64,000 nt of DNA, taken from Candidatus Aenigmatarchaeota archaeon. Its GTDB lineage: Archaea > Aenigmatarchaeota > Aenigmatarchaeia > CG10238-14 > SCSR01. The stretch is taken from assembly GCA_018304615.1 (NCBI GenBank), contig JAGVVV010000008.1, positions 25,741-89,740 on the forward strand. The letters are read 5' to 3'. Of the stretch, positions 1 through 9,128 are shown one piece after another. The stretch's first letter is position 1, and every line of letters begins with the position of its first letter. A program made the translations under genes and the position numbers. The notes below the pieces were generated by a model. The model had not been told where the DNA came from and did no database searches. It saw only the letters and a program-made list of their open reading frames with translations.

Positions 1-779
1 TTTGTTAATTTTAATTATACAGGAAAATTTAAAGGAACTGTTCAAGAACAGGCAGCACTCAGAGAGGAAGGATTAGCAAATGGTTTCATCGGTTTAACGG
101 AGAATGATATAAAATTTTGGAGAGCTTGGTATGATGAAAAAATAAATGATGCTGATGCAAGATTTGGAACCTTCATAAATGAACTAAAAAAATTGAGACT
201 TCTTGATAAAACGATAATAATAGTCTCTTCAGATCATGGGACAGAACTCTATGAACATAAGAGATTTGATCATGGGCATACATTGTATCAGGAATTAATT
301 CACGTTCCGCTAATAATTTGGGCTCCAAAATTCAATGGAATAAAACAGTCACAAAGATAGTTTCAACTTTGGATATAATGCCCACTGTACTACAGTTAGT
401 CAACATTCAACCAAATGAAACTGTAAAAGATCAGATGGGAGGAATTAGTTTAATTCCGGCGATGAAAGGAAAGGATATTGGAAGAGACGTCTATTCAGAA
501 ACTGATTATAGGCTTTATACACACAAACGAGCAATAATAACAACCGACGGCTGGAAATTTATTTTAACTTTAGCTGAGGCACCAGATAAAAAAAACGTCA
601 AAGAATTATATAATTTAAATTCAGATCCAAAAGAAACGAACAATTTGATAGATTCAGAATTAAGGATGGCATACGAATTGGAACAGAAACTTCTCAAACA
701 TCTTAAAGATATGGGAACTAACGTTGATGATCCGTGGATTATTGGATGTTCAACAGTTTACAATGAACAGTGCAAATAA
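1..779 (+). pseudogene. sulfatase-like (alkaline-phosphatase superfamily) paralog, 3' part only, reading frame disrupted; 5' end outside window
   Basis: Frame 1 (1-345: ..IIVSSDHGTELYEH..HGHTLYQELIHVPL) and frame 3 (318-779: ..STLDIMPT..DGWKFILTLAEAPDKKNVKELYNL..) are together colinear with the last ~255 aa of the 9129-10553 paralog; frames switch at ggaATaaaacagtc (~326-331); in-frame tag at 343-345 in the upstream frame; ~70% nt identity to 9780-10553 including an identical 32-mer. Confidence 0.6.
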
Positions 780-2264
780 TTAAGGATATGGAAAAATTTT
801 TACAACTTCTATATCCGTTCTATTAAAAATTGCTATTCCTTTTTCTTTAATCCATTCAAACAGATTTGTTTTCAACCTGTCTGCCACATCAATCCTATCG
901 AAATACAAGTTCTTTTGTTCTTTTGGATCTTGTTTTATGTTGTATAGTTCGAACTCTGGAACGAATATTTTTTGTCCACTTATATACCCCCACCAAGAAT
1001 TATTCATTTCAAAATCTCTACTTGTTCTATAGATAAGTTTCCATTCGCTTGTTCTAACTCCAAAATCAATATGTGGTAAGAAAGTTGTATTTGTCTTTGC
1101 AAATTCTTCCCACAGAGGACTCCTTTCTATAAAAATATATTTATTGAATTGAGGGTCTTCATTATAAATGAGGGGAACTAAACTATTGCCTTCTGCTTTT
1201 TCATATTGTGGTATTTTCAAAAAATCAAGGATTGTGGGTAAAATATCTATACTTTGTGTTTGAGTGTAAATTATTTTATGTTCCAATCCTGGATGCTTTA
1301 TTATTAGTGGAACATGAATCTCAGATTCATGAATGTCATAATGCATTATATATTTGTGTTCTCCAAGTTCTTCGCCATGAGAAGAAGTAAAAATTATAAT
1401 GGTGTTCTTCTCTAATCCAGCACTTTTCAAGATGTTGAAAAAATTACCAAGAAAATTATCCATATGTTCTATACCAGCATCGTATTTAGCTACAATAAAA
1501 TCTATGTCATCTTGGTTCAATTGAACAGGATTTTCAGAAACATTCCTCTCAAGCCATTCTCCTCTTTCATAAAGAGGATAGTATGTATAGTTATATATTG
1601 AATTGATTTCAACTAAATTGATAACCTTGTTTTTGAAAAGCCCTCTGTATTGTAGATTTTCATATTTATTTTGTATTTCTTCAGGAACATATTTTCCATA
1701 AGGTGCATGCACTGTTCCAATTGCTAACCATAAAAAGAATTTTTTATTTTTCATAACAGATATTAACTGTTCATCAATTACTGGCAAATCTCTAACATAC
1801 GAAAAATTGGAAATATGATAACCGTTTCCAAAATCTCTGAAAACTTTGAATTCTGGGGAAGTTGAAATGGCGATGGTAGTATAGTTATAAGATTTTAATA
1901 TCTCCGCGATTGTTACTGGAGGATTAGTCAATTTATACTCATTATCAGATGGCCATGGAATGATTAAACCATGTTGGTGAGGATATAAAGAGGTATGTAA
2001 AGAAAATTCGGAGACTGGTGTCAGATAGGATTGAGTAATATAGTTTTTGAACAAAATGCTTTCTGAAGCGAACCTATCTATGTTTGGTGTCGTGTTTTTT
2101 TCATATCCATATACTCCAACATGATCTGCTCGCAAACTATCTATCGAAATTAAAATAACATTACAATCTTTACAAACATAGTTGGGATTAATCTGCTGAA
2201 AATAAAAAATTAGAATTATGGAAAATATTACGAATAAAAGAAATACGATTATTTTCATTCCCAT
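780..2264 (-). CDS. sulfatase-like hydrolase/transferase (alkaline phosphatase superfamily), N-terminal TM anchor
   Basis: 494 aa; TM helix then CKDCNVILISIDSLRADH sulfatase N-terminal motif; SSHGEELGEHKY..HVPLIIKHPG metal-binding region; the canonical C/S-x-P-x-R formylglycine motif is replaced by T-P-V-S (Thr). Confidence 0.8.
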   Translation of the reverse strand: MGMKIIVFLLFVIFSIILIFYFQQINPNYVCKDCNVILISIDSLRADHVGVYGYEKNTTPNIDRFASESILFKNYITQSYLTPVSEFSLHTSLYPHQHGLIIPWPSDNEYKLTNPPVTIAEILKSYNYTTIAISTSPEFKVFRDFGNGYHISNFSYVRDLPVIDEQLISVMKNKKFFLWLAIGTVHAPYGKYVPEEIQNKYENLQYRGLFKNKVINLVEINSIYNYTYYPLYERGEWLERNVSENPVQLNQDDIDFIVAKYDAGIEHMDNFLGNFFNILKSAGLEKNTIIIFTSSHGEELGEHKYIMHYDIHESEIHVPLIIKHPGLEHKIIYTQTQSIDILPTILDFLKIPQYEKAEGNSLVPLIYNEDPQFNKYIFIERSPLWEEFAKTNTTFLPHIDFGVRTSEWKLIYRTSRDFEMNNSWWGYISGQKIFVPEFELYNIKQDPKEQKNLYFDRIDVADRLKTNLFEWIKEKGIAIFNRTDIEVVKIFPYP

Positions 2265-2289
2265 AATTTTTACCTTAATATATTTTATT

Positions 2290-3588
2290 TCAAATTACAA
2301 CTGCAGTTCCACCAGCATGCCAACTAACTCTTGGCCTAATATTAACTGTGAATATTTTTTCCAGATTGTCGTCAAGAATCATCGCGGCCCCAGGCCATCT
2401 AGGAAGAGAGTTGATGTATTTCCACATGTCCTCCATTAGATATGTCTGCATTACTGCGTTGAGAGCCATCAAATCAGCTTTAGAAGTGAGTCTATGAGTG
2501 ATAACTAAATCTGTCTGACTAAGAATATCCTGATGGATTTTGTTGGGCATCTGTGTTATCATAACCAAACTCACTCCAGGCTCTCTTCCTTCCTTTGCTA
2601 TGGTAAGAAACGGTCCTGATGAAACTGTTTCCCTATCTGATGGTGCCCAGTTGTGTGCTTCGTCTGCAATTAGCCAGACTATAGGATATTTTTTCTTCAT
2701 GACAGTGCCTTCCATTTTCGCCAGCTCCTCCTCTTTTCTAGCAACAACTCTGAACTGATAAATTTTTCTTGCGATAAGAGCAACAAGGAAGTTTCTTACT
2801 GACCACGCTCCAGAGCTTCTTAATCTGGATAAATCTACTACAGTTATCTGGCCTGGTTGGACTAAATCATCTATATTAACTCCTTCAGTTCCGAAAACAC
2901 CCCATTGATTAGCTACTGTGAGCATGTTTTCTAATGCATCCTTAACTTCAGGAGCAGTCTCTCTATCATCCCTGATTTTCGAAATTAAATCTGGAATCAT
3001 AAAATGTTGACCTGATTCAATTAATGAATTGACATTTTTCTCTAATGCAATTGAGACTGCATTCGTCCTCTCAAGATTGAAAGCCAGTCCCCATTCATCA
3101 CCTGTGAACTCCCAAGGCAAGACTGAAATTCCTGCATCAACTGGCAAACCAGATTCTTTGTACTCCTCCAATTGCTTGAAAGGAACAAGAACTTTTATAT
3201 TTTCAAACCCTTTCGGTTCCAAATCCCAATCCTTAAGAAGTTCGGCTTGTTGGTCATTAGGCCTCTTCATGCTCCAAAAAATTCCCATCGTGTCAATTAT
3301 GACCACAGAAATATTGTTCCTATATTCTTCAGGCAACATGGCAATTTCTTCTGCGATAACTCCGCCAACATAAGATTTACCAGTTCCTCTTTTCCCGGAA
3401 ACAAGGATGATGTGCGGCCTCAACAGATCAAGAAGAACTTTTGTCGTGATGTGAGCATCTTCGCCAGTTCCGACAATGTGTTTGCCGATGTATCCAACAC
3501 CCTTGTCCTGGAATTTTTGCGCATCTTCCTTAATCCTTCCGACAATTGTGTATGTCTTAACCGTCTGGTCTAGAGTTGGCATATACAT
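2290..3588 (-). CDS. P-loop ATPase of the HerA/FtsK superfamily (DUF87-like)
   Basis: 432 aa; Walker A GKRGTGKSY, Walker B VWLIADEAHNW; no HAS-barrel or nuclease partner nearby. Confidence 0.65.
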   Translation of the reverse strand: MYMPTLDQTVKTYTIVGRIKEDAQKFQDKGVGYIGKHIVGTGEDAHITTKVLLDLLRPHIILVSGKRGTGKSYVGGVIAEEIAMLPEEYRNNISVVIIDTMGIFWSMKRPNDQQAELLKDWDLEPKGFENIKVLVPFKQLEEYKESGLPVDAGISVLPWEFTGDEWGLAFNLERTNAVSIALEKNVNSLIESGQHFMIPDLISKIRDDRETAPEVKDALENMLTVANQWGVFGTEGVNIDDLVQPGQITVVDLSRLRSSGAWSVRNFLVALIARKIYQFRVVARKEEELAKMEGTVMKKKYPIVWLIADEAHNWAPSDRETVSSGPFLTIAKEGREPGVSLVMITQMPNKIHQDILSQTDLVITHRLTSKADLMALNAVMQTYLMEDMWKYINSLPRWPGAAMILDDNLEKIFTVNIRPRVSWHAGGTAVVI

Positions 3589-3621
3589 TAATTTCGTATT
3601 CTATTCATTTATTATTTGAAG

Positions 3622-3696
3622 GGGGAAGTCATCTAGCTTGGTCTAGGATTTATCCTTGGGGTGGATAACACCTGGGTTCAAATCCCAGCTTCCCCA
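3622..3696 (+). tRNA. tRNA-Pro (anticodon GGG)
   Basis: Acceptor GGGGAAG/CTTCCCC, D-stem ATCT/GGAT, anticodon stem TATCC/GGATA with loop TTGGGGT, T-arm CTGGG-TTCAAAT-CCCAG, discriminator A; folded by hand. Confidence 0.75.
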
Positions 3697-3705
3697 TCAT
3701 GCTAA

Positions 3706-5076
3706 CTAAATGTAGCCGAGCTCGCGCAGTCTAGGAAGTACGGAATTATTGAATTTGCTTTGATTGACGAACCCACCATAAATCAAACGCGACTTTGAGG
3801 AGTTGGAAAGAAAGGAATCTATAACAACTAACAGTTTTTCGAAATTTGACGAGTCTGAAATGTTTTTTAACTCGAATGGATCCAAGTTCAAATAATATAA
3901 TTCAGTGGATGAAGTCGTGGAATCCTTTATTATTTTTTTGGAATTCTGAATTACGGAAGTTTTAGAATTCAATTCGGATATTACGAAGTCTCGTTGTTGT
4001 GAGAAAAGAGGCTGACCTTGAAATTGGGAGGGAATTTGTATGTTTAAAAGTTGTAAAATTGTAGGAGCAATGTCCACTCCAGAAGCTATTTGATTAATCA
4101 CTTGACCTCTTGAATTCGGGATTAACACAATCAGAGGGACCCGAATTTCTTCATTGTAAAGATCTAATCCATGGCCAACCCTATAATGCTCACCGAATGC
4201 TTCCCCATGGTCACCAGTAATAATAATGACAGTTTTGTCAAGAAGATGTTTCCGCTGCAAAAATTCATAATCTTGCCTGAGCACAAAGTCGATAAAATTT
4301 ACAGACCCATCGTATATTGCAATTGCATCTTGAAGCTGGGTTTGAGAAAGATTCAGTTCATTCAAGTCGTCGCTGGAAAGATTCCAATTAGTTAAATCGT
4401 TAATAGAGATATTAAGTTTGTTTAATAAAACGGTAGAAATGCCAAGAGATTCAGCATTTGTATTGTTGGGTTTGTACAAGTAGTAATAATCGGCAGGCAA
4501 AAGCCATCTGCTATGGGGTTCGGAATAGTGAAGGAAAAGAAAGAATCTTTTGTCTTTATTTTGATCAATCCATTTAAATGCAAACTGATTGACACTCTCA
4601 GAGTTTCTCTTTGAGATGTTTGATAGGGCATCTTCATTGTAAACGTCAAATCCTCTATTGTATCCATAATAGGAACTCAAATAAGGCAATGTGACCACAG
4701 CAGCTGTTTGATAACCGTTTTGCTTTAAAATTTGAGGAAATGTTACGGCGTTGCTGCTCAATGTAAAGTCGAAATTGTCCTTTCCCACCAAATGCGTGGA
4801 GGGGTAAAGAGAGGTAAAAATGGAGATATGGGAAGGAAGGGTGTATGATGAAGTGGAATATGAATGTTTGAAAATGAAAGACTGATTGGAGATTTCATTT
4901 AAGAAAGGAGTCGTAGCTCTATTATAACCATACAAATTCATATGATTTGACCCTAGAGTGTCAACAGAAATTAAAATTACATTGCAGTCCTTGCAAAATG
5001 GCTTGCTTGAACTACTGAAAAATACGAATATCGAAATGGTCAGTAAAATCAAAAAGACAATGAGAAAAGATTTCAT
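3706..5076 (-). CDS. sulfatase-like hydrolase/transferase paralog, TM-anchored
   Basis: 456 aa; FCKDCNVILISVDTLGSNH; TLPSH in place of CxPxR; GDHGEAFGEH..HGLD. Confidence 0.8.
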   Translation of the reverse strand: MKSFLIVFLILLTISIFVFFSSSSKPFCKDCNVILISVDTLGSNHMNLYGYNRATTPFLNEISNQSFIFKHSYSTSSYTLPSHISIFTSLYPSTHLVGKDNFDFTLSSNAVTFPQILKQNGYQTAAVVTLPYLSSYYGYNRGFDVYNEDALSNISKRNSESVNQFAFKWIDQNKDKRFFLFLHYSEPHSRWLLPADYYYLYKPNNTNAESLGISTVLLNKLNISINDLTNWNLSSDDLNELNLSQTQLQDAIAIYDGSVNFIDFVLRQDYEFLQRKHLLDKTVIIITGDHGEAFGEHYRVGHGLDLYNEEIRVPLIVLIPNSRGQVINQIASGVDIAPTILQLLNIQIPSQFQGQPLFSQQRDFVISELNSKTSVIQNSKKIIKDSTTSSTELYYLNLDPFELKNISDSSNFEKLLVVIDSFLSNSSKSRLIYGGFVNQSKFNNSVLPRLRELGYI

Positions 5077-5107
5077 AATAATATTTAACTAAACATAAAG
5101 ATATCAT

Positions 5108-6421
5108 ATGAAAAAGCTTTTACTGCCGCTGATAATTCTTGTCATCCTTGTCATGTTGTTTTTCAAATTGAGGGAACCAGAAGGGAAAAATGTGATTGTA
5201 ACTGGGACAGGAAATCCGGGAAAAATTCTCGTCTATAAGTTTGAAGGAGTAAATATTGTCCGTAAACAGATTGATACAGGTTACAAACTAGTTCATACGG
5301 TAAAAATAGGCAATGTGAGAAATGACGGGAACCAAGTAATTGTTGCTGGTGTTTCGAATAGTTTTTATGGGCCTCCTTTCGGATGTTCTGTCCTAATTTA
5401 TCACCCAGAGAAAAATTTTGAAAAGGAAGTGGTTGATGACGTGGTGGATTTGAGATGCAAGGATGTTTCAATAGGAGATGTCGACAACGATGGGAAAAAT
5501 GAGATTGTTTTAGGCACTCATGGTGAAGGAATAATAAACGTCTACAGGTGGGAAGGAAACAAATGGGTAAAACAGGAGATAGAAAGAAACTTCATCAAAC
5601 AGATTGACGAAAAAGGAAAAACAAATCACAGAGTTCCAATCGAGAAACTCACTTATGATGCAATCGATCAAACTGCAATTCATATTGTGAAAATTGGGGA
5701 CGCCACGAACAAGGGGAAGAATGGGATTATTGCCTCGGAATCCTCTCCATTGGAGTATACAGACGGACCTCAGATAAGTTATGTGAATATTTACGAATTT
5801 GACGGGAAAAATTGGAACAGGACAACTATTCATACAGGCAAAGGTTTTCAACATAGAAGTATCTTGGTTGGTGATTTTGATTATTCGGGTGGGAATGAGG
5901 TTTTGATTGGAGCGGCACCAAGCAGATTGTTCATGTTGAGATATGATGGAAATTGGTCTTCTACTCTGATCTTCAATCAGACGATTGACAAAAATATGAA
6001 AGGGCTTGATTTCCAGGACATCTATTCGAATGGAAAGAAAGTAATAGTCCTGGCTACAGGAATTCCAAACACTCTTATTTACACTTTGGAATGGGATGGG
6101 AGAGAATTTCAGAAAAAGTTGATTGGAAATGTATCTCAAGTTTCCGAAAATTATAATGTGATTAAAAACCTGAATTACAATGCCTTGGACGTCCAGGCAA
6201 GAGATATCGACAATGACGGGAAGCTTGAAATAATAGTGGCAGGAAAAGCCGATACAAGTGTGACTTTGGACAAATTGACTCCCGAAAACAACATCTTTGG
6301 CTGGGAAGCAACTCCTTATGGTTTTCTAGTCGTCTACAAATTTGACGGGAAGAATTGGAATCCTCTTGTTCTAGACACTTATTCAGTTCTTGGAATGGAT
6401 GTCGGAAACGTCAGATACTAA
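5108..6421 (+). CDS. FG-GAP / beta-propeller repeat protein, N-terminal TM anchor
   Basis: 437 aa; repeated GDVDNDGKNEIV / GDFDYSGGNEVLIG / RDIDNDGKLEIIVAG calcium-binding FG-GAP-like motifs. Confidence 0.65.
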   Translation: MKKLLLPLIILVILVMLFFKLREPEGKNVIVTGTGNPGKILVYKFEGVNIVRKQIDTGYKLVHTVKIGNVRNDGNQVIVAGVSNSFYGPPFGCSVLIYHPEKNFEKEVVDDVVDLRCKDVSIGDVDNDGKNEIVLGTHGEGIINVYRWEGNKWVKQEIERNFIKQIDEKGKTNHRVPIEKLTYDAIDQTAIHIVKIGDATNKGKNGIIASESSPLEYTDGPQISYVNIYEFDGKNWNRTTIHTGKGFQHRSILVGDFDYSGGNEVLIGAAPSRLFMLRYDGNWSSTLIFNQTIDKNMKGLDFQDIYSNGKKVIVLATGIPNTLIYTLEWDGREFQKKLIGNVSQVSENYNVIKNLNYNALDVQARDIDNDGKLEIIVAGKADTSVTLDKLTPENNIFGWEATPYGFLVVYKFDGKNWNPLVLDTYSVLGMDVGNVRY

Positions 6422-6423
6422 CG

Positions 6424-6437
6424 CTTAAATAATATTA
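6424..6437 (+). promoter_or_regulatory. BRE/TATA-like promoter element (cTTAAATAATATta) 26 nt upstream of the tRNA-Pro fragment
   Basis: Near-identical to the element upstream of the intact tRNA-Pro(TGG) (8956-8974). Confidence 0.45.
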
Positions 6438-6456
6438 ATTAGGAAGTTCTTGTCGA

Positions 6457-6519
6457 GGGGGAGTGGTATAGCTCACTTTGGTCTAGAATGGTCTAGCATT
6501 CCAGCCTTGGGAGTTGGAG
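6457..6519 (+). pseudogene. truncated tRNA-Pro(TGG) copy: 5' part (positions 1-48) with a 15-nt insertion in the D-loop; T-arm and 3' acceptor absent
   Basis: Identical to 8994-9041 of the intact tRNA-Pro(TGG) through acceptor, D-stem, and anticodon arm (CCAGC-CTTGGGA-GTTGG) except inserted CACTTTGGTCTAGAA (contains a duplicate of TGGTCTAG); homology ends 6 nt before the stop codon of the converging 6526-7467 gene. Confidence 0.7.
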
Positions 6520-6525
6520 CCTAGT

Positions 6526-7467
6526 TCAACTCAGAAGTTCATAATCCCATTTCCATTCGGTGTTGTTTTTAGCTGTCCAAACTTTTAATTTGACTAAATC
6601 CCCTTTCTTAACTTTGAGGGCTTCCTTAACTGGAAGGATAAACGATTTCCATTCAGGATTATTGTCAAGGGAATTAATTTGAATTGTGTCGGTAAGATAA
6701 ATTTTGAAATATGCGCAAAAGCAGTTCAAATAACCATTTTTGGTTATTTTGAAAGTTTTTTCCACGAAGATGATTTTAGGAAGCGAATAAAAATTCAATG
6801 AATAAACTAATTTATCGTTGCTTAAAAACTCTGTTCTATTAGTTATTTGGATGGGATATGTCTTCTCTGACAGTTTCCTATGAAACGGCGAAAAATCGAT
6901 ACCGTATCTTTTCTGCCAGAAAAAATCGAATTCGTTTGATTCAGCCGGTGAAAACATAATTTCTATTTTTTTAGGTATCATTTTTCCATCATTTTTAAGA
7001 AATTTTCTAGCAAAGCGCATTTTGTCAATAATGCCTTCGTCGACAACACTTCCTCCTATAAGTTCCGATATGATGCAATCCACTTTGGGAATTTTTATAC
7101 GATTCAAATTTGCGCGAATAAAAGTTATATTGTTAAAATTGTTTTTGGTTGCTATCTCTTGAGCCAAATGGATGATTTTTGAATAATCGACAGCATAAAT
7201 TTTTTTAGCGCCCATATTTGCTGCGAAAAATGCAAGAATACCAGTGCCGGTTCCTACATCCAAAACAGTATCATATTTTCTTACAGTTTTCATGATAGCT
7301 TTTTTGAATTTATGAACGCGAGTTTTGTCCGAAAGCATACGTCTGTGCCCTTTCAAATTCTGGAAAGAATATTGTAGAAGGGTTTCCCTGACAAAATGTA
7401 AAGAATATAATTTTAGGAGTATATCCTTCACAATTAATTCAAATTTACCGCTGAAGCCATATGACAC
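6526..7467 (-). CDS. protein arginine N-methyltransferase (PRMT)-like class I SAM-dependent methyltransferase
   Basis: 313 aa; motif I VLDVGTGTGILAFFAA, post-I KIYAVDYS, motif II/double-E loop VDCIISELIGGSVVDEG, motif III FLKNDGKMIP, C-terminal TEWKW resembling the THW loop. Confidence 0.6.
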   Translation of the reverse strand: MSYGFSGKFELIVKDILLKLYSLHFVRETLLQYSFQNLKGHRRMLSDKTRVHKFKKAIMKTVRKYDTVLDVGTGTGILAFFAANMGAKKIYAVDYSKIIHLAQEIATKNNFNNITFIRANLNRIKIPKVDCIISELIGGSVVDEGIIDKMRFARKFLKNDGKMIPKKIEIMFSPAESNEFDFFWQKRYGIDFSPFHRKLSEKTYPIQITNRTEFLSNDKLVYSLNFYSLPKIIFVEKTFKITKNGYLNCFCAYFKIYLTDTIQINSLDNNPEWKSFILPVKEALKVKKGDLVKLKVWTAKNNTEWKWDYELLS

Positions 7468-7493
7468 TAAATAAACATTAAAGTCATTTGTTT

Positions 7494-7512
7494 TAATCTT
7501 TAAATAATATCA
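7494..7512 (+). promoter_or_regulatory. exact 19-nt copy of the tRNA-Pro(TGG) promoter element (taatcTTTAAATAatatca) ~80 nt upstream of a sulfatase-like gene
   Basis: Identical 19-mer at 8956-8974; contains TTTAAATA TATA box. Confidence 0.45.
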
Positions 7513-7590
7513 CAGTCTATATCGCTAATTTTTCTAGTTGGGAATATCCATTACTAATAAATGATAAGATAGGAAAAAGAAGTAATTTAT

Positions 7591-8940
7591 ATGAAATTGA
7601 AAATTATTATCAGAACAATTATTGTGATTTTCAGTTTATTGATATCTATACTTTTTCTAAAGTCAAGTAATGAAACCCATGATGCAGAATGTAAAAATTG
7701 CAGTGTCATTTTGTTCACTGTAGATGTTTTGAGAGTAGAAAATCTAGGTATTTATGAATATCCAAGAAACACAAGTCCGAATATTGATTCGTTTTTTAAA
7801 CAAGGTTTTATTTTTTATAATGCATTCTCTACTTCGTCCCATACTTTGCCAAGCCATGTTTCTATTTTTACCGGCAACTATCCTTCAACACACAAAATAA
7901 TGCCACGAGCTAATATGACACTTCCACATGATCAAAAAACAATCGCCGAAATTTTCAAGGTCTACGGATATCAAACACAAAGTTTCCATGGTGACGACTC
8001 TTTGGATACTAAAGGAGCTGGATTTGAAAGAGGATTTGACAATGTTTATAATCAGAGTGATAATAAACCAAAGATTTTCGATTTTCTTAAATCAGTTAAA
8101 GGTAAATTTTTCTTATCAATATACACAGAAAAATTGCACGATCCTTATTTGTCAAACATTACCTACGAAAATATGTTTGATAAAGATTATAATGGAAGTA
8201 TAATTGGTGATTATGATAAATTTGTACAATTAAAAAAAGAAAATAACATTACAGATGATTTTACACAAGAAAGGCTATTGTTTTGGAGTAAAGTGAACAA
8301 ATCAGATACCAAGGATGTAAAACACTTAATTGCACTTTATGATTCAAATATATATCAAATTGATTTGTTCTTTGGGGAACTCATTAAATATTTAGATGAT
8401 AGAGGGTTTTTGAATGATACAATTATTATACTTACATCTGATCATGGAGAACAGTTTAATGAACATGGAGATTTTCTGCATACGAAACTATATGATGAAA
8501 TTATTCATGTTCCTCTTCTAATTTATGTTCCTAAAACTAAACAGACTGTAATAAAAAATCAAGTCAGCCTTGTAGATTTGAGTCCAACAATTCTATCACT
8601 CGTTGGAATCGTACCTCCTCAAAATATTGATGGTAGGAGTTTAAAGTTCCTAATGGGTAATCCGAATGTAGAGGACAAAAATCAGGTTATATATTCTGAA
8701 TTTGCCTTCCAAAGAGCGATAAGGACTCCAGAATGGAAATTTATCAAAACGGTGAACGGGACAGTGTCATATGAGTTTTTTGATTTAAGAAACGATCCTA
8801 AGGAATTAATTAATTTATATGGGAAAAATGTCAATGAAGAAAGTTTATTTAAACAAGCTTTAGAAGGTTGGGAAGTTAAAATGAACAGTAGTTATGTTAA
8901 TGTTAAATTTCTAAATTCCACGTTTATCGGCTATCCTTGA
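7591..8940 (+). CDS. sulfatase-like hydrolase/transferase paralog, TM-anchored
   Basis: 449 aa; ECKNCSVILFTVDVLR; TLPSH; SDHGEQFNEHGDFLHT. Confidence 0.8.
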   Translation: MKLKIIIRTIIVIFSLLISILFLKSSNETHDAECKNCSVILFTVDVLRVENLGIYEYPRNTSPNIDSFFKQGFIFYNAFSTSSHTLPSHVSIFTGNYPSTHKIMPRANMTLPHDQKTIAEIFKVYGYQTQSFHGDDSLDTKGAGFERGFDNVYNQSDNKPKIFDFLKSVKGKFFLSIYTEKLHDPYLSNITYENMFDKDYNGSIIGDYDKFVQLKKENNITDDFTQERLLFWSKVNKSDTKDVKHLIALYDSNIYQIDLFFGELIKYLDDRGFLNDTIIILTSDHGEQFNEHGDFLHTKLYDEIIHVPLLIYVPKTKQTVIKNQVSLVDLSPTILSLVGIVPPQNIDGRSLKFLMGNPNVEDKNQVIYSEFAFQRAIRTPEWKFIKTVNGTVSYEFFDLRNDPKELINLYGKNVNEESLFKQALEGWEVKMNSSYVNVKFLNSTFIGYP

Positions 8941-8955
8941 ATAATTCAAAGATAA

Positions 8956-8974
8956 TAATCTTTAAATAATATCA
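8956..8974 (+). promoter_or_regulatory. tRNA-Pro(TGG) promoter (BRE/TATA TTTAAATA centred ~-27)
   Basis: Position relative to tRNA start at 8994; archaeal TATA consensus. Confidence 0.5.
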
Positions 8975-8993
8975 TTTAGCAAGTTCATCAGAT

Positions 8994-9068
8994 GGGGGAG
9001 TGGTATAGCTTGGTCTAGCATTCCAGCCTTGGGAGTTGGAGACCCGTGTTCAAATCACGGCTCCCCCA
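8994..9068 (+). tRNA. tRNA-Pro (anticodon TGG)
   Basis: Acceptor GGGGGAG/CTCCCCC, anticodon arm CCAGC-CTTGGGA-GTTGG (anticodon TGG), T-arm CCGTG-TTCAAAT-CACGG, discriminator A. Confidence 0.8.
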
Positions 9069-9128
9069 CATTTAAAAAACTGATTCATGAAGATAGCAAA
9101 GATTAAAATTGAAGAAATTAAATAATAC

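Noticed and set aside
3621-3621. Extra 5' G on tRNA-Pro(GGG) (G-1)
   Set aside because: The seven-base-pair acceptor stem GGGGAAG/CTTCCCC is satisfied starting at 3622. A G-1 is a tRNA-His feature.
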